DNA of 47,897 nucleotides, counting the filler, from Catajapyx aquilonaris (Eukaryota): assembly GCA_000934665.2 (NCBI GenBank). It is 2 parts of 2 records of this genome, joined end to end, with 100 filler letters (N's around TTAATTAATTAA, not from the genome) between each part and the next. Parts side by side here need not be neighbours in the genome. Positions count along the whole stretch, not along the records: positions 23,992 to 47,897 come from KZ539383.1; 1 more part is not named here. One strand, written 5' to 3'. Under the pieces are notes generated by a model, which was not told where the DNA came from, did not search any database, and worked only from the letters and a program-made list of their open reading frames with translations. This document shows positions 35,626 through 47,897 of this stretch, piece after piece. The position numbers and the translations under genes were made by a program. How positions within the stretch are numbered: the stretch's first letter is position 1; every line of letters starts with the position of its first letter.

Positions 35626-36344
35626 NNNNNNNNNNNNNNNNNNNNCCCCCCCCCCCCCCCCCCGACCCTGGCCGCATGCGATATTAATGAGAATTAGGAG
35701 TCCACGGCCTGCTCAGGAGGCTTATAATAAATGCAGGAACCAACACAAACAGGAATACAGGTCCATCCATATTAATCGTCTCGTGACGGGAAGTCTCAAA
35801 TTCCACAGGGGTTGGCTTGAACAAGGGAACGGAACGGGTTGCACGATGGTCGATCCATGGTAGGTGGTCACGATATGGAGGATGCCTAATGTATAGTTTT
35901 TGGTATGTTAAATTTACCAAAAAACAACATTAGACTTACTATAAAATCATATGAAAAAGTACTATAATTGTGAAAAAAATTGTCATATTTCAAGTCGGTA
36001 CTATCTTGAAGTACGGTCACAAAATTTATTCTGAAACAGGCTCTTGAAAGCCCTGCACGTCCCATGCATATTTCACAAATTAGACAGCCTAATGTCAATA
36101 AATCATACTGATGAAGAGTTATCAATTCACGTGCTCTAATTATAATTTGATGAGACTATCATTAACGTCACACTTTGTGATGTAACTGATGGTTGTTTCA
36201 CTGTATAAAGGGGGAGGCGGGCAGTATGCCTATTCGATTCATATTTTGCTTTAATGAGGTCGAAATTACCTGTCGTTTTCATAGTATCGCCAGAAGGAAC
36301 AGGAAACTAGGAGTGTTTCTAAAAGCAGTTGAACTAGCCTTTCA

Positions 36345-37025
36345 TGTGCACACACATTATGATCGATACTATCAGGTCAATGTACTAAACACTATGAAAT
36401 TTGTTTATAAGGAAAAATGAGCCTCGTAAATCAAATGAAGCGTGCACATTATGATCGATACTATCGGTTCGATGTACAGTGCTCGACATATAAGCCGCCG
36501 CTGAATGTTTTTTTTCGGCAGCGGCGGCGGTGGCGTTACCTGGCAACCCTGTCCGGCGGGCCAATTCAAACATCAGTCCATGGAGAGCGCTTCCATTGTT
36601 GCCACTGTTTACAAATCGAGTGAGTGACGCGGACGACCCAGCGACGGGTCTCTTCTGCCTGCGCACTCACTCACTCGATTTGTAAACAGTGGCAACAATG
36701 GAAGCGCTCTCCATGGGCTATTGTTTGAATTGGCCCGCCGGACAGGGTTGCCAGGTAACGCAGCGCCGTCGCCGACGGAAAAAAAAACATTCAGCGACGG
36801 CTAATTTGTCCAGCACTGTACTAAACACTATGAAATTTGTTTGTAAGGAAAAATGAGCCTTGTAAATCAAATGAAGCGTACAAATTATGATCGATACTAT
36901 CGGTTCGATGTACTAAACACTATGAAATTAGTTTGTAAGGGAAAAAATCAGCATTGTAAAGCAAATGAAGCGTACATATTATGATCGATACTATCGGTTC
37001 GATATATTAAACACTGAAATATGTT
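36345..37025. repeat. ~95-bp tandem repeat hosting a MITE
   Basis: ATTATGATCGATACTATCGGTTCGATGTACTAAACACTATGAAAT repeated about 4 times. Confidence 0.85.
36477..36818. mobile_element. 342-bp Tc1-type foldback MITE, TA TSD
   Basis: TA|CAGTGCT...AGCACTG|TA; ~150-bp inverted arms; empty site TTCGATGTACTAAAC visible in the neighbouring unit at ~36904. Confidence 0.9.
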
Positions 37026-37495
37026 TACTGAGAAAATTTTAGGTTGAGATTCAGCCTTGTAAAGCCATGTCGACACGAAATGGGAAGGGTCAAAATGGTT
37101 TATGAGCAAGACCCAATCCGAAAGTCGTGTGGGACGGTCGCTAATGAACGCTGCAGCCCATCATAACCCTCCTTTTACCACGACATTCCGTATGGTATTG
37201 ACGCTCTGCAAGGCTAGGAATTGGTCGCATTTTCTCTCTCGCTCATATAACGACTGCTTCAACTCCACGCTTTTCAACTTATGGGAACGCTTTACTTGCC
37301 TTTGATGTGTATTACAGTTTGGGAAGGCTAAGGTATTGCAATATTTTGGATGCTGTACAAGAAAGTTGGAGCAGGAATTTTGCGAATTTGTTTCATCCTG
37401 GCATGATGCAACCCAACGAACATGTATTTTACAAGAAAATAATAAGATTAGCTTAATCTACTTCAAAGATATGATGAAATTAACAATTGTAGCCA

Positions 37496-37962
37496 TTTTA
37501 GACCGTTTCTAGAAAAAAGCCTTACGGAACGGCTGTCTGTCTGTCTGTGGACAAGTATCAGACAAACAGACAGCCGTTCCGCCCCTTCCCCCTGGCTGCC
37601 CCCTCCCGCCACCGCCCCTTTCCCCCCTGTCCTCCCAGTCCCCCCACCGTCCCCTCCCCCAGATCACCCTTTCCCCCTCCCTCCTCCTACCCCATGATAC
37701 CTGTCCACAGACGGACGGACGGTCAGAGACCTTTTCCGATTTTCGGGTTCCGGGTTCACTCTATCCGCCCCTTCCCCCNNNNNNNNNNNNNNNNNNNNNN
37801 NNNNNNNNNNNNNNNNCCTCCCAGTCCCCCCACCGCCCCCTCCCCCAGATAACCCTTTCCCCCTTCCCTCCTCCTACCCCATGACACCTGATACCTGTCC
37901 ACAGACGGACAGACAGAGCCGTGATATGAGACTTTTTTCGATGGATATTAAAATGTCTAAAA
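37496..37962. mobile_element. Element with inverted ends carrying (GTCT/GTCC)n microsatellites and a C-rich internal duplication
   Basis: TTTTAGAC..GAAAAAAG..ACGGCTGTCTGTCTGTCTGTGGACA.GTATCAG on the left, with an imperfect reverse complement at ~37888-37962; reminiscent of DINE-1/Helentron-type non-autonomous elements. Confidence 0.45.
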
Positions 37963-38087
37963 TATGGGTTTGCTAGGATAGATTTTAGGGGAAAGGGGCG
38001 GTCTGGGGGGTAGGAGGAGGGAGGGGGGAAAGGGAAAGTCCACTTTTGGCCGAAAATGAGTTATAGGTGGTTTCAATTTCAGTCCCA

Positions 38088-38403
38088 GGGAGGCATGGTG
38101 GTCTAGTGGTTACGCCACTGGCCAGCCAAGCGGGAGGCCGGGGTTCAAATCCCGTCACCGTCACCTCTGTTTGGTTTGGTCTTTTTCCGCTTTTCACCCG
38201 ACATGCCGGGGCAGAATTGCACTCCCTATTCTGACCAGGGCCAGGGTGTATTTCAGAAAGTCAAAAATTACTAAAAATTACACCTCCCTTGGGAACTTCC
38301 CCTTCCCCCCTAGAGGGCTCCGCCCGATCACGGGGTATTTTCTTTTTAAATCAGTCCCAGTCCCGTCATAGACGTTGGGGACAATAGCAGTAAATATGAA
38401 AAA
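38088..38403 (+). mobile_element. tRNA-derived SINE
   Basis: A box TGGTCTAGTGG (38099-38109), B box GGTTCAAATCC (38142-38152); body shared with 46797-46962. Confidence 0.8.
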
Positions 38404-38607
38404 GTCTACTAAAATCACGCTCACTTTATTTGCCAATCTTGTTTAGTTTTTCTAATGTTAATGAAAAAACTACATTACCCTTTGACAGTTTCATCCTCGG
38501 ATGATGCAACCCAACAAACACGCATTTTACTAAGCTTAATCTACATCAAAAAATGAGATGAAATTATCGCCATTTTTCGTTTTTCTAACGTCAAGGAAAG
38601 AACAGTA

Positions 38608-38833
38608 CACTCTTAACCATTTACCTTCTCTAGAGAGGGTAAGAGAGTGGCCATTTTTTTTTACCTTACATTGTAGGGTAAATATTCTTGGGTAAATTGA
38701 TTCTAAGGTAAATTTTGCATGTATTACCTTAGAAAATAGAGGGTAAATAAGATCCAAGAATATTTACCCTACAATGTAAGGTAAAAATGGCCACTTTCTT
38801 ACCCTCTCTAGAGAAGGTAAATGGTTAAGAGTG
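38608..38833. mobile_element. EnSpm-type MITE, TA flanks
   Basis: CACTCTTAACC...GGTTAAGAGTG with TA on both sides. Confidence 0.9.
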
Positions 38834-39666
38834 TATGACCCTTTGACATTTTAATTTGCATGTTATTTTACACTGATGACCCCAATCCGCAGACCCAGCA
38901 CAATGAACTTTGCTTCACTATACCTGTAGGACATTATGAAATTCCGAATAAATATTACAGCAACCCAACACACTGTACGCCTACTCAACCATACATTATT
39001 AACTACTTCAAGAATAATACATACACCAACTGCTATAATCTCCACTTTAAACAGGGTTTGCTCTAAATTAACCCTATGTTTCACAGTACGGTGATCTACT
39101 ACCTCAGTACATCAAATATTGACATATTGGTTCTGATCAAAACCTAACTGTACAGGTTTCATTTATTTAAGACCAGTTTCTATCTCTAGGATTTTAGCTG
39201 GGGGTACTATTTAGATCAGACTGTTAATCAGGTCTGGCTTTGCAATTGCCAGACTCGCCATTTGTCTTTTCCTAGAACGCCACGCGCCGTCACCGTTTCT
39301 TTCACCGCAAAATTAGAGCTTGCCTAAGCCACAAGCTAGGGGAAGGTGACTTAATAGGATGATTAATTGCCAGCATCTTATACCGTCCCATGTGACTAAT
39401 TCGGCGACAATCCTAGATTTTCTCGGTTGGAAACTGGGAAGGTGTCACTTCCCATATCTACTAATGTTCTAAGGGGTTTCAAAGGCCGTTATTTTCTGGA
39501 GATGTCAAATGGGAATTAGTAAATTTTTAGGGCATGAAATTGTAAAGGATGGTGTTCATAATTATAAGACTGGTTCTGACGACAATATAAAGCAGAACGT
39601 TTGTTGGTATTCCTGTATGTCCGGGCTACCTAACTCATTTCCAGAGTACTGAGAGTAAACAAGTTT

Positions 39667-40013
39667 GTCTCTAAAAATCGGGCAAAAAATCCTGAATCCG
39701 AAGGTGCAATCCGTTTTTCTCTATGCGGAACGGTAATCCCAGGGTGAGGGGTCAAAGTGGGGAAATTCAAATAGTGCGCTAGAAGCTGGCCGTCCGCCAG
39801 CGACGCCCTCGGAACCTTGGGAACTGGAGGGCTGCTCCCGCCTTAGGTCCATCCCAGAGCGGTGCAGCCCTCCAGTTCCCCTGTTCCCCGCGTGGCGGCG
39901 CCGCTCATTAGCAGACCACACATTTTGACACCTCGCCCTGGGATTACCGTTCCGCGTAGCGAAAAACGGATTGAACCTTCGGATTCAGGATTTTTTGCCC
40001 GATTTTTAGAGCC
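39667..40013. mobile_element. MITE with ~85-bp TIRs (possibly PIF/Harbinger-type)
   Basis: CTCTAAAAATCGGGCAAAAAATCCTGAATCCGAAGG... and its reverse complement ending TTTTTAGAGCC|TAA; TSD not conserved. Confidence 0.8.
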
Positions 40014-40248
40014 TAACATGTTTTTTGAGTCGAGTTGATTATGGAAACAATGCCTAAAACAGCACTTTTTAAAGTAAATACCCAACATTTATAATTTCAT
40101 GGTGTTTTATTTATACCCCATTGGGAGAACTGGCGCTCCATTAGGGGGGTTGAATACCACTATTGGATATGTGATATGTGTAATTTTGTTTCATATGCAT
40201 CGTGCACTGGATATGCAAAACTTCTTTTTTTTTCAATATTTGCATGTA

Positions 40249-40451
40249 CAGTTCCGAGCATAAAGTTGGAGAGGCAGGCCCTCCCATTCGGCAGGGTGGG
40301 CTGCCAATCCCCACCATTACGGTATCAAATATATGGTTATAAATAATATACGAACAGACGCCTACAGCAGCTAACTCGGTCCGTTAATTTGAGTCTGTTA
40401 AAGAAAGGTCATAGAAAGCCCGAAGCGTCTCCAGCTTTATGCTCGGGATTA
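40249..40451. mobile_element. Tc1/mariner-type MITE, same family as 15998-16209
   Basis: CGAGCATAAAG.TGGAGA..GGCAGGCCCTC..TTACGGTATCAAATATA..CGAACAGACGCCT..AAAGAAAGGTCA..CTTTATGCTCG; TA flanks. Confidence 0.85.
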
Positions 40452-42079
40452 TACATAAGTTCTATTATTCGCATAATGTAAGCAGTCATTATGTCATTAT
40501 TATGTCATATTGAAAATTCATCACTTACGAATAATTTCAATCTCACTTACTTTTATTATCATAATACTGCTGTAAGCATACCGCAAATCCATATTTATAC
40601 ACATGCTGATACAGTATGTTACATATGCATACTTTCAACAATCTAGTCCAATGCAGGATGAGCTGTATTGTTTGCTCTACAGTATACACAAGGATATACG
40701 AAGTACAGTGCACATATTTTCCATGACATCTAACCAGATAGTACAGTATACACGACACTGTACATGACAATCAACATTTTCCACACATTATCTCCAACTC
40801 TACTTAATATAACTATTATAACAAGAACGACCCTCTAATTTTTTAATTAACTCATCCCAGGTGTCTCCTACCAAAATCCCAATTAGACCTCATCGTGACG
40901 TCACTATGTCCGTGATTTTCTATCACCCCGCCATAAAAATGGGAGCCAGTGTCGGCTTGGCTGCATAATAAACAACCGCATGTGCAATTCTCGCAACAGT
41001 GGCCCCTAACGTCATTAAATACGGTACATGACTAGAATATATGGGAAAAGAGCGCATTTATGGAACACTCTTTAAAACCTATAGTTTGAGCTGGATATAA
41101 GATTGTTAAAAAATGTAGGCAGTTTTAACACCCGCTGTACAGTACTGATAGACATTTTTATAGTGTAATATTGTGGCTTTACACACACTTTTAGTAATGT
41201 GGATTAAACATTTATGGAGTACCTGTAGAGATGTCTATACGGATTTCTTTTTTAAAAAATTGTAATATATTGACGATACAGGTATCTTCCGCAATGTTGC
41301 CCTTTTTTGCACCCTATATCCACGCTATTGTTTATGCAGGCATGAATCACGTTAACGTGGTTCTAATCATACCTCTTGCGTTATCAAACTTTGTAAACTG
41401 CCATTATGCAAAGTTTGCGCTCTCAATTACAAGCTGTAAATAAATTTTCGGCAACTGATACGAAACCACCGGTATCGAAATTTCATGAAAAAGTCCGCCT
41501 CCCCTGATAGGGGTAGGTTGTTAATAAATTAAAAACCGGTTCCGATAAGCGATGATTAGTGTTGATACCTGTAGGTACCCACCTGAGAAGAATCGATATC
41601 CTCTTACAACAATGTCTTTTTAAAACGATGACAATCCAATTCACTAAATCACCACACGTGCACTACACTAGTCACATTCTGAGACACCCTGTGGGTTGGG
41701 GCAGTACGGTTTTGGAACATCCGAAGTGTTGAGTCCGTAGCATCGGTCTCCCCGGTACCCTGGGCCCACCGACTGAAATTTGGATCTTCCCTCCGCGACG
41801 CTCGACGGCGCACTGACTTTGCGCCGGCGTCGCCATACAGCTCCAAGGGCTTTAACAACCCCCCTCCCCAACAAAAACCCTCCCCCCCACCCAATACCCT
41901 ACACAGCACATGGTCAAGAACATATGACACACAACATGACGTAACCCGCTTTGGCAAAAACCATTGTTGCCTGCATAACATAGATTAGAGATAAGCGCAT
42001 TTAGATCTGAAAGGTGCATATTCTTGTCTAACTACAGCTGTTTTCAATCAGGTTCTTTTGTAACAGGCTGTAGTTTAAT

Positions 42080-43085
42080 AATACAGTACAAAGGATCAAA
42101 CACTACTGTGAATAATGGAGTTAATTGGAAAAGTACTGTGAGAATACAGTAACAAAATTACCCAAATGCAGAAGAAAATACAGCATCAAAATTACCCAAA
42201 TTAGTAGAAATACTGTATAAAAATTAGTAGAAATACTGTATAAAATAAGTAGAAATACAGTATCAAAATTACCAAAATACAGTAACAAAATTACCAAAAT
42301 ACAGTAACAAAATTACCAAAATATAGTAACAAAATTACCAAAAATATACGTAGTAACAAAATTGCCAAAATACAGGAGAAAATGCAGCATCAAAATTACC
42401 AAAATTTACTAGAAATACATTAACAAAATTACCAAAATATAGGAAAAATACAGGACCAAAATAAAGTGTCAAAATACGGTAACATAATTATTAAAATACA
42501 GGAGAAAATACAGCATCAAAATTACCCAAATTTAGTAGAAATGCAGTAACAAAATTACCAAAATAGAGGAGAAAATACAGCATCAAAATTACCCAAATTT
42601 AGTAGAAATACAGTAACAAAATTACCAAAATAGAGGAGAAAACGCATAACCAAATTAAAGTGTCAAAAAACCAACACAATATAGTAGAAAACTGTCAAAA
42701 CAGTAGAAAATACAGTGCCAAAAATATAATCGAAAAACGTTATCAAAATTACCAAAATTGAGTAGAAAATATAGTATTTAAAAATTACCAGAATTCTATA
42801 GAAAATATATTTAAAATTTACCTAATTTCAGTAGAAAAGACAGTAACAAAATTACCAAAATACAGGAGAAAATACAGTACCAAAATAATGTGTCAAAATA
42901 CTCACAAAATACAGTAGAAAAAGCTACTAAAATGTACTGTAGATAATACAGTAAAAGTACATTGTCAAAATATAATATCATCTAAATACATTATCGAAAT
43001 ATATCATCGAAATACATTATCAAAATGTATCATCGAAATACATTATCAAAGTATATCATCGAAATACATTATCAAAAATGCAGTA
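42080..43085. repeat. AT-rich minisatellites (22-bp AAATACAGTAACAAAATTACCA; ~25-bp ATCATCGAAATACATTATC)
   Basis: Obvious periodicity. Confidence 0.85.
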
Positions 43086-45219
43086 ATGTAATAAATAAAG
43101 TGTAATAAAATGAATAAAAAATAATAGAAGAGTAACGCGAACAGTAAAATTACAGGAAATAAATAAAACCGTACTGTACATATTATACCATTAAAACCAG
43201 TCGAGTAAAAGGAACAGTACGGTACAAATTCGTTAGGGTTGCCCCTGTAAAGTACGGGCCGTTTTATACAGACGAACCCCTTGGGTTGCCCAGACAGCAG
43301 GATATCGTCATGCTGTACAGACATTCCTTTTGTTGAAGCCCCTCCTCAACCCCTCGCGTTTCTTCCCCCAATCCTGCGACAGCTGCGAATCGTGTGAAGA
43401 AAACGAAACGAAGGGACCAAACGCGAGTTTCATTTCCACGTCACATCAGGCCCGTAATGTCGGCCTCATTGTGCCCAATCACGGATGGCTTCGTGTTTAC
43501 AGTTCTGACTGCGCTGATGCCAAGTTACCTTCCCATCAACGGACTTTCTTTTGCTGACACCGCTGTACTTGATTGGGGTGTCAGCTTTTGTTGTACCATT
43601 GACATGGTCCCATTGAACTTGACCGGTTTTAGTTGTTAAAATCGGTTGTAATCTGATTCGATTAAGATTTTGAGCCGATGAAATGATATTAATCGTGTCA
43701 ACTAGGATTACTCAGCTGATTTGATTATTTGCGAATACGCAATGGGTATTATGTCAAGGATTATTAACAATCAGCACATTATTAAGAAAATTAGCGAGTA
43801 ATAGAACAATTAATTAGTAAACAAATAAATTGAAGAATTGATTGCGAATTTGTTTAACGTTCTGTAATCATTTGAAAAATGCTGAAAAATTAGTGAGAAT
43901 TGATTGAAAATAGCTTCTTTATGAGACAATGGACAAGAAAGAACTATTAGCAATTAGTAAAGCCTCTTCCTTCATACTGATTGGACTAACGCAATTATTG
44001 ACACAGACTCCAAGATACTTAATATTTCGGCCATTACCTTCTTCTGAAAGGACACAAGCTTCATCAGTGTATCTCCGGCAACCCTGTCCGACAGCTAGAC
44101 AAACTGGACTTCCTCGAGGGAGGAAATGAAGAGGAAGAAGGAATAGGCCAACTGAAGGGGAAAGAGGAGTATAGAAGAAGAGGGGTGAGAAGAGGTCTGG
44201 ATTACTAGACCTCTACTGCAAAGATGGTGGAGAATTCCCGATAAGTATCTCCTCAGAGAGAAAAAACCCCTTCTTGAGTGGTACTTCATGATAGGACATT
44301 GCACCTGAGGGACGTAATTCCCAAGCTGATGATAAATTGGTGGCCTCATTGTTTGGAGAATGCCTGAATGAGCATGTAAACAACAGCCACGCGTTGCATT
44401 GCGGGCTGGAGGTAAACATCATCGGTTTTGTCCTAACAGTATAGTGTCCACCTCAAAAGATGGGACTCTGAACCATTTAATTAACCTGCTCATCGACCAA
44501 TCAGCAGTTTTTTCATCAAATCAAGTTCATTGAAACTGTTAAAGACGCCAGTTTCAATGAACTTGATGAACTCTTTTTTTCTCTTACCTTCTATCCGTCC
44601 GGACGGATAGAAGGTAAGAGAGAAAAAAAGAGTAGAACTCTGATTATTATAAAGGAACGAGGGTGGGGGCGAAAAATTGAATTACGGTAAAAGGTAAGTT
44701 TCAAGCCCCAAGAGAGGGGCGTTCTAAGCAAGGGCTCCCCCCCTAAAACTGCCGCCATGACTGCCACGCTGCAAAATATTTTATACCGACGCAGGGGAAA
44801 ATTTCCTAGCAAAGTGAATATGAACGGTAATGGGAATCAAGAACTCGACGCATTTGATGCAGTCGGACGTTCCACCGGTACCTCCCCGTTCCTTCAATTT
44901 GTGCCCGGAGTGTGGCGACAAAGGAAATTTAATCGAGAGACTTTGTAAAGGAGGCGATGTATTTCGCCTAGGCTTGGGTTATGAGCTGTAAAATCCATCA
45001 ACAGGCATTGTGCACCGTCTTTTAATCAGCGTTGTCTTGTACTGCAGTAATGAAGGTACACGCAATGCCTTATCTGGCTGGGGTTTAAAAGGAGAGTCGA
45101 GATTTATCGGCTTTTGTCAGGGTCAGCAGGAACGTGGTGGAACAGTGTAGATGGACTTAAGCTTGGATTGGAAAATGGTAGGCGGTTTATAAATGGCGAT
45201 TTTACGCAATTATCTTGTA

Positions 45220-45870
45220 GAACTTGCCTGATCGTGCTTAGACTTGCTCGAACCTGATCGGGCATGTTTGAACCTGCTTGGACCTTCCTAAACCTGCCTA
45301 AACCTGCTCGGGCCTTCTCAGGTCTGCCTGAACATTCTGGAACCTTCCTGAACCTTCTTGAACCTGCTCGGACTTGCCTGAACCTGACCATATATTATGC
45401 CCGGACATGCCCGGACATGCTCAGACCTGCTCGGACTTGTTTAAACTTTCTCAGGCCTTTTCAGTCCTGCTTTGACTTGCTTAGGCATGCTTCTGTCTGA
45501 ACCTGCTTGGACCTGGCTAAACCTGTTCGGGCCTTCTCAGGTCTGCTTGAACTTGCTTGAACCTGCCTGAACCTTCTTTAACCTGCTCGGACTTGCCTGA
45601 ACCTGACCATATATATGACCGGACATGCTCAGACATGCTCAGACATGCTTGAACTTTCTCGGGCCTTTTCGGTCCTGCTTTAACTTGCTTAGGTAACCTG
45701 CTTGAATCTGTCTGAACCTGCTCGGATTTGCCTGAACCTGTCCGGACTTGCCCATACATGCTTGGTCCAGCACGGACCATCTCGGACCTTCTCAGGCCTT
45801 CTCGGGCCTGCTCGGTCTTGTCTGACAATGTCCGTACATGTTTAGACATGCTTGGGCCGGCTCCAACCTG
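45220..45870. repeat. 10-bp-period minisatellite (AACCTGCTCG variants)
   Basis: Reverse-complement relative of the 27965-28516 array. Confidence 0.85.
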
Positions 45871-46796
45871 CGAGTAGCTCAATTCTACAATCGGCGTTCT
45901 AAAGAGTGGAACAAATTCCGGTACCGTTCATCGGTATAACCATGAAAAGACGGTACGCTTCCAATTTGAAATCCATAATTATGAGTGGCAGCAGCTAGAT
46001 AACGATTTGAGCACTGATGTATGGCAGTATGGGGATCTGTGTATGCACATGCACAAGTGCGCACATGCGGTGCATCGATCGGAAAGCACATTTTTTCACA
46101 AAAAAATAACGATACGGATTAATCTTCAGAGAGGGCAATTTATTTCCGCGGTTCTTCGTCAATGGTGCTGAGTTTGTTTCCTTTTCGTGAAGCGATGAGC
46201 CACTGGCATAAATTGATACTCCAAATGTAGATTAATGTGCCGTACTTGACACACTCGCCGTCCAAATGCGGATTAAGGACGACGTGTACTAAGTAATCAC
46301 GCTGCCCGATTCCATGCTAGCGTCATATGTCACGCAAGGGGGCAGGATGGGGGGAACAGTTCACATTTGTATTAATCACTGATATGGCGAATGTGGTGGG
46401 TAAAATTGCTCTTGATATGAAGACAAAGATTTCATTGTTGGAAACTGTTCGTAACTTTACTTGACAGTCGCTCTAAAAACATCAACATACAGCAAAACCT
46501 GTGAAGTTGGACACCCTAATAAGTTGGAACACTCAGTGTACAACATAGACAAGTTTAACTGTATTTTTTTTGCCAAATATTGGTCTACTATAAATCAATT
46601 TTTCGTTTGCATCATATCCTCAAGATGGCTGCTTCATTGTTCATTGACTCACCCAATACCGAAGTCAAAGTTGTGCCAAAGTTTTATCGAAATATTGACT
46701 ACCCAAGGGGCAAAGTTCCATTTTCAAATTGTGCATTGTGTTACAGGGTGTGAGAAAACTTGCCATTGACGTACAGTATGATTAAGTCTATATTTT

Positions 46797-46962
46797 TATT
46801 TCCGCTTTTCACCAGACATGCCGGGGCAGAATTGCACTCCCTACTCTGCTCGGGGCCAGGAGAAAAGGTCTGATATATTTCAGAAATGACTATAATTACA
46901 GCGCCCTCCGTTGGGAACCTCCGCCCTATCATGGGGCAATTTTTTTAATAAATAAAAAATAA
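46797..46962 (+). mobile_element. 5'-truncated copy of the 38088 SINE
   Basis: TTCCGCTTTTCACC.GACATGCCGGGGCAGAATTGCACTCCCTA shared; A-rich tail. Confidence 0.8.
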
Positions 46963-47115
46963 ACTAGATATTTTGCATAGCTGTGAATAGCACACAAACA
47001 ATATGTCAAGGCGTTAACCACTCGACTGCAAAGTGTACACTGGAGTACCAAGGAGTGCCAAGGAGTACGTGGGAGTACCTAGGAGTATCTGGGAGTACCT
47101 AAGACGCTAAGAGTA

Positions 47116-47259
47116 CTATGGGGCTCAAGTTGTTTTGGCCACTTTATCCTGGTCTTGAAGCAGCCCTTCGCACAGGCCCCACGTTGAGCAGGTGTGTGTA
47201 TGTGTGAAGGGTTGCTTCAAGACCAAGATAAAGTGGCGAAAACAATTTGATCCTCATAG
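47116..47259. mobile_element. 144-bp MITE, TA TSD (copy of 29668-29811)
   Basis: Same length and sequence; inserted at GTAC. Confidence 0.9.
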
Positions 47260-47289
47260 TACCTAAGGAGTACCGAAGAGTGTGTACCA

Positions 47290-47482
47290 CACTCTTAACC
47301 ATTTACCTTCTCTAGAGAGGGTAAGAAAGTGGCCATTTTTTACCTTACATTGTAGGGTAAATATTCTTGGGTAAATTGATTCTAAGGTAAATTTTGCATG
47401 TATTACCTTAGAATCAATTTACCCAAGANAAAAAATGGCCACTTTCTTACCCCTCTCTAGAGAAGGTAAATGGTTAAGAGTG
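47290..47482. mobile_element. EnSpm-type MITE with CA TSD
   Basis: CA|CACTCTTAACC...GGTTAAGAGTG|CA; removal restores GTACCACTTCAGGTGTACAC, matching the repeat at 47522. Confidence 0.9.
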
Positions 47483-47897
47483 CACTTCAGGTGTACACCG
47501 GAGTACCGAAGAGTACCTGGGGTACCACTGCAGGTGTACACCGGAGTAGGCCTACCTGAGTGGTTAACCCCTTGCGTTTTGTTGTATACTACTGTAGTCG
47601 TATGTAGAGATAAAACCCAGTTTACATTGGACTGACCTAAAGTGATGTACCTACACCTATGTGGATATATGCCACCAATTTAACCATGTCCTACACTATA
47701 CACACCCAATCCTACAGTGCAAAACACAAGCCACTTGTTCTCTAAAACACGACAATCGCGTTCCCATTCGCGTCTCTCTGTTACACATTTAAGCACAGGC
47801 CACCCTCTATTTTTTTATAGAACCCTCCCCTCCTACCCTAGCCTTTTCTCTCCCGCACCATTTTGCAGCCGGAGGCGGAATAAGCCCGGTTGTATCT

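Larger units (their letters stand above)
47018..47563. mobile_element. TTAA-flanked (piggyBac-type) non-autonomous element with GGAGTACC repeats and two nested MITEs
   Basis: TTAA|CCACTC...GAGTGG|TTAA; nested insertions at 47116-47259 and 47290-47482. Confidence 0.75.

Noticed and set aside
38088..38165. Functional tRNA gene
   Set aside because: Poor acceptor/anticodon pairing, and it continues into a body repeated at 46797, so it is a SINE head.
45104..45882. ORFs of 78-121 aa
   Set aside because: Products of the decamer repeat.

Overview
Eukaryotic (probably invertebrate animal) genomic DNA in two very different halves, joined by an artificial 100-bp assembly linker (44N-TTAATTAATTAA-44N, 23892-23991). 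Left half (1-23891): a dense, nearly gap-free mosaic of short (about 40-1000 bp) decayed coding fragments from about ten DNA-transposon groups (Transib, pogo, mariner, EnSpm/CACTA, piggyBac, hAT, P/THAP9, Academ, Harbinger/ISL2EU, MULE), plus LTR tails and host-type domains (F-box, BEN, Ulp1, C2H2). Every fragment I could orient reads on the + strand and nearly all lack their own termini. This looks like a uni-directional transposon-fragment archive (piRNA-cluster-like), possibly built by fragment capture rather than by ordinary insertion. No intact transposase is present. Right half (23992-47897): AT-rich, MITE/SINE/minisatellite-rich DNA with nested insertions, perfect palindromes, and a probable minus-strand promoter plus signal-peptide first exon (27517-27607). 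All family calls come from motif recognition by eye, not database searches.
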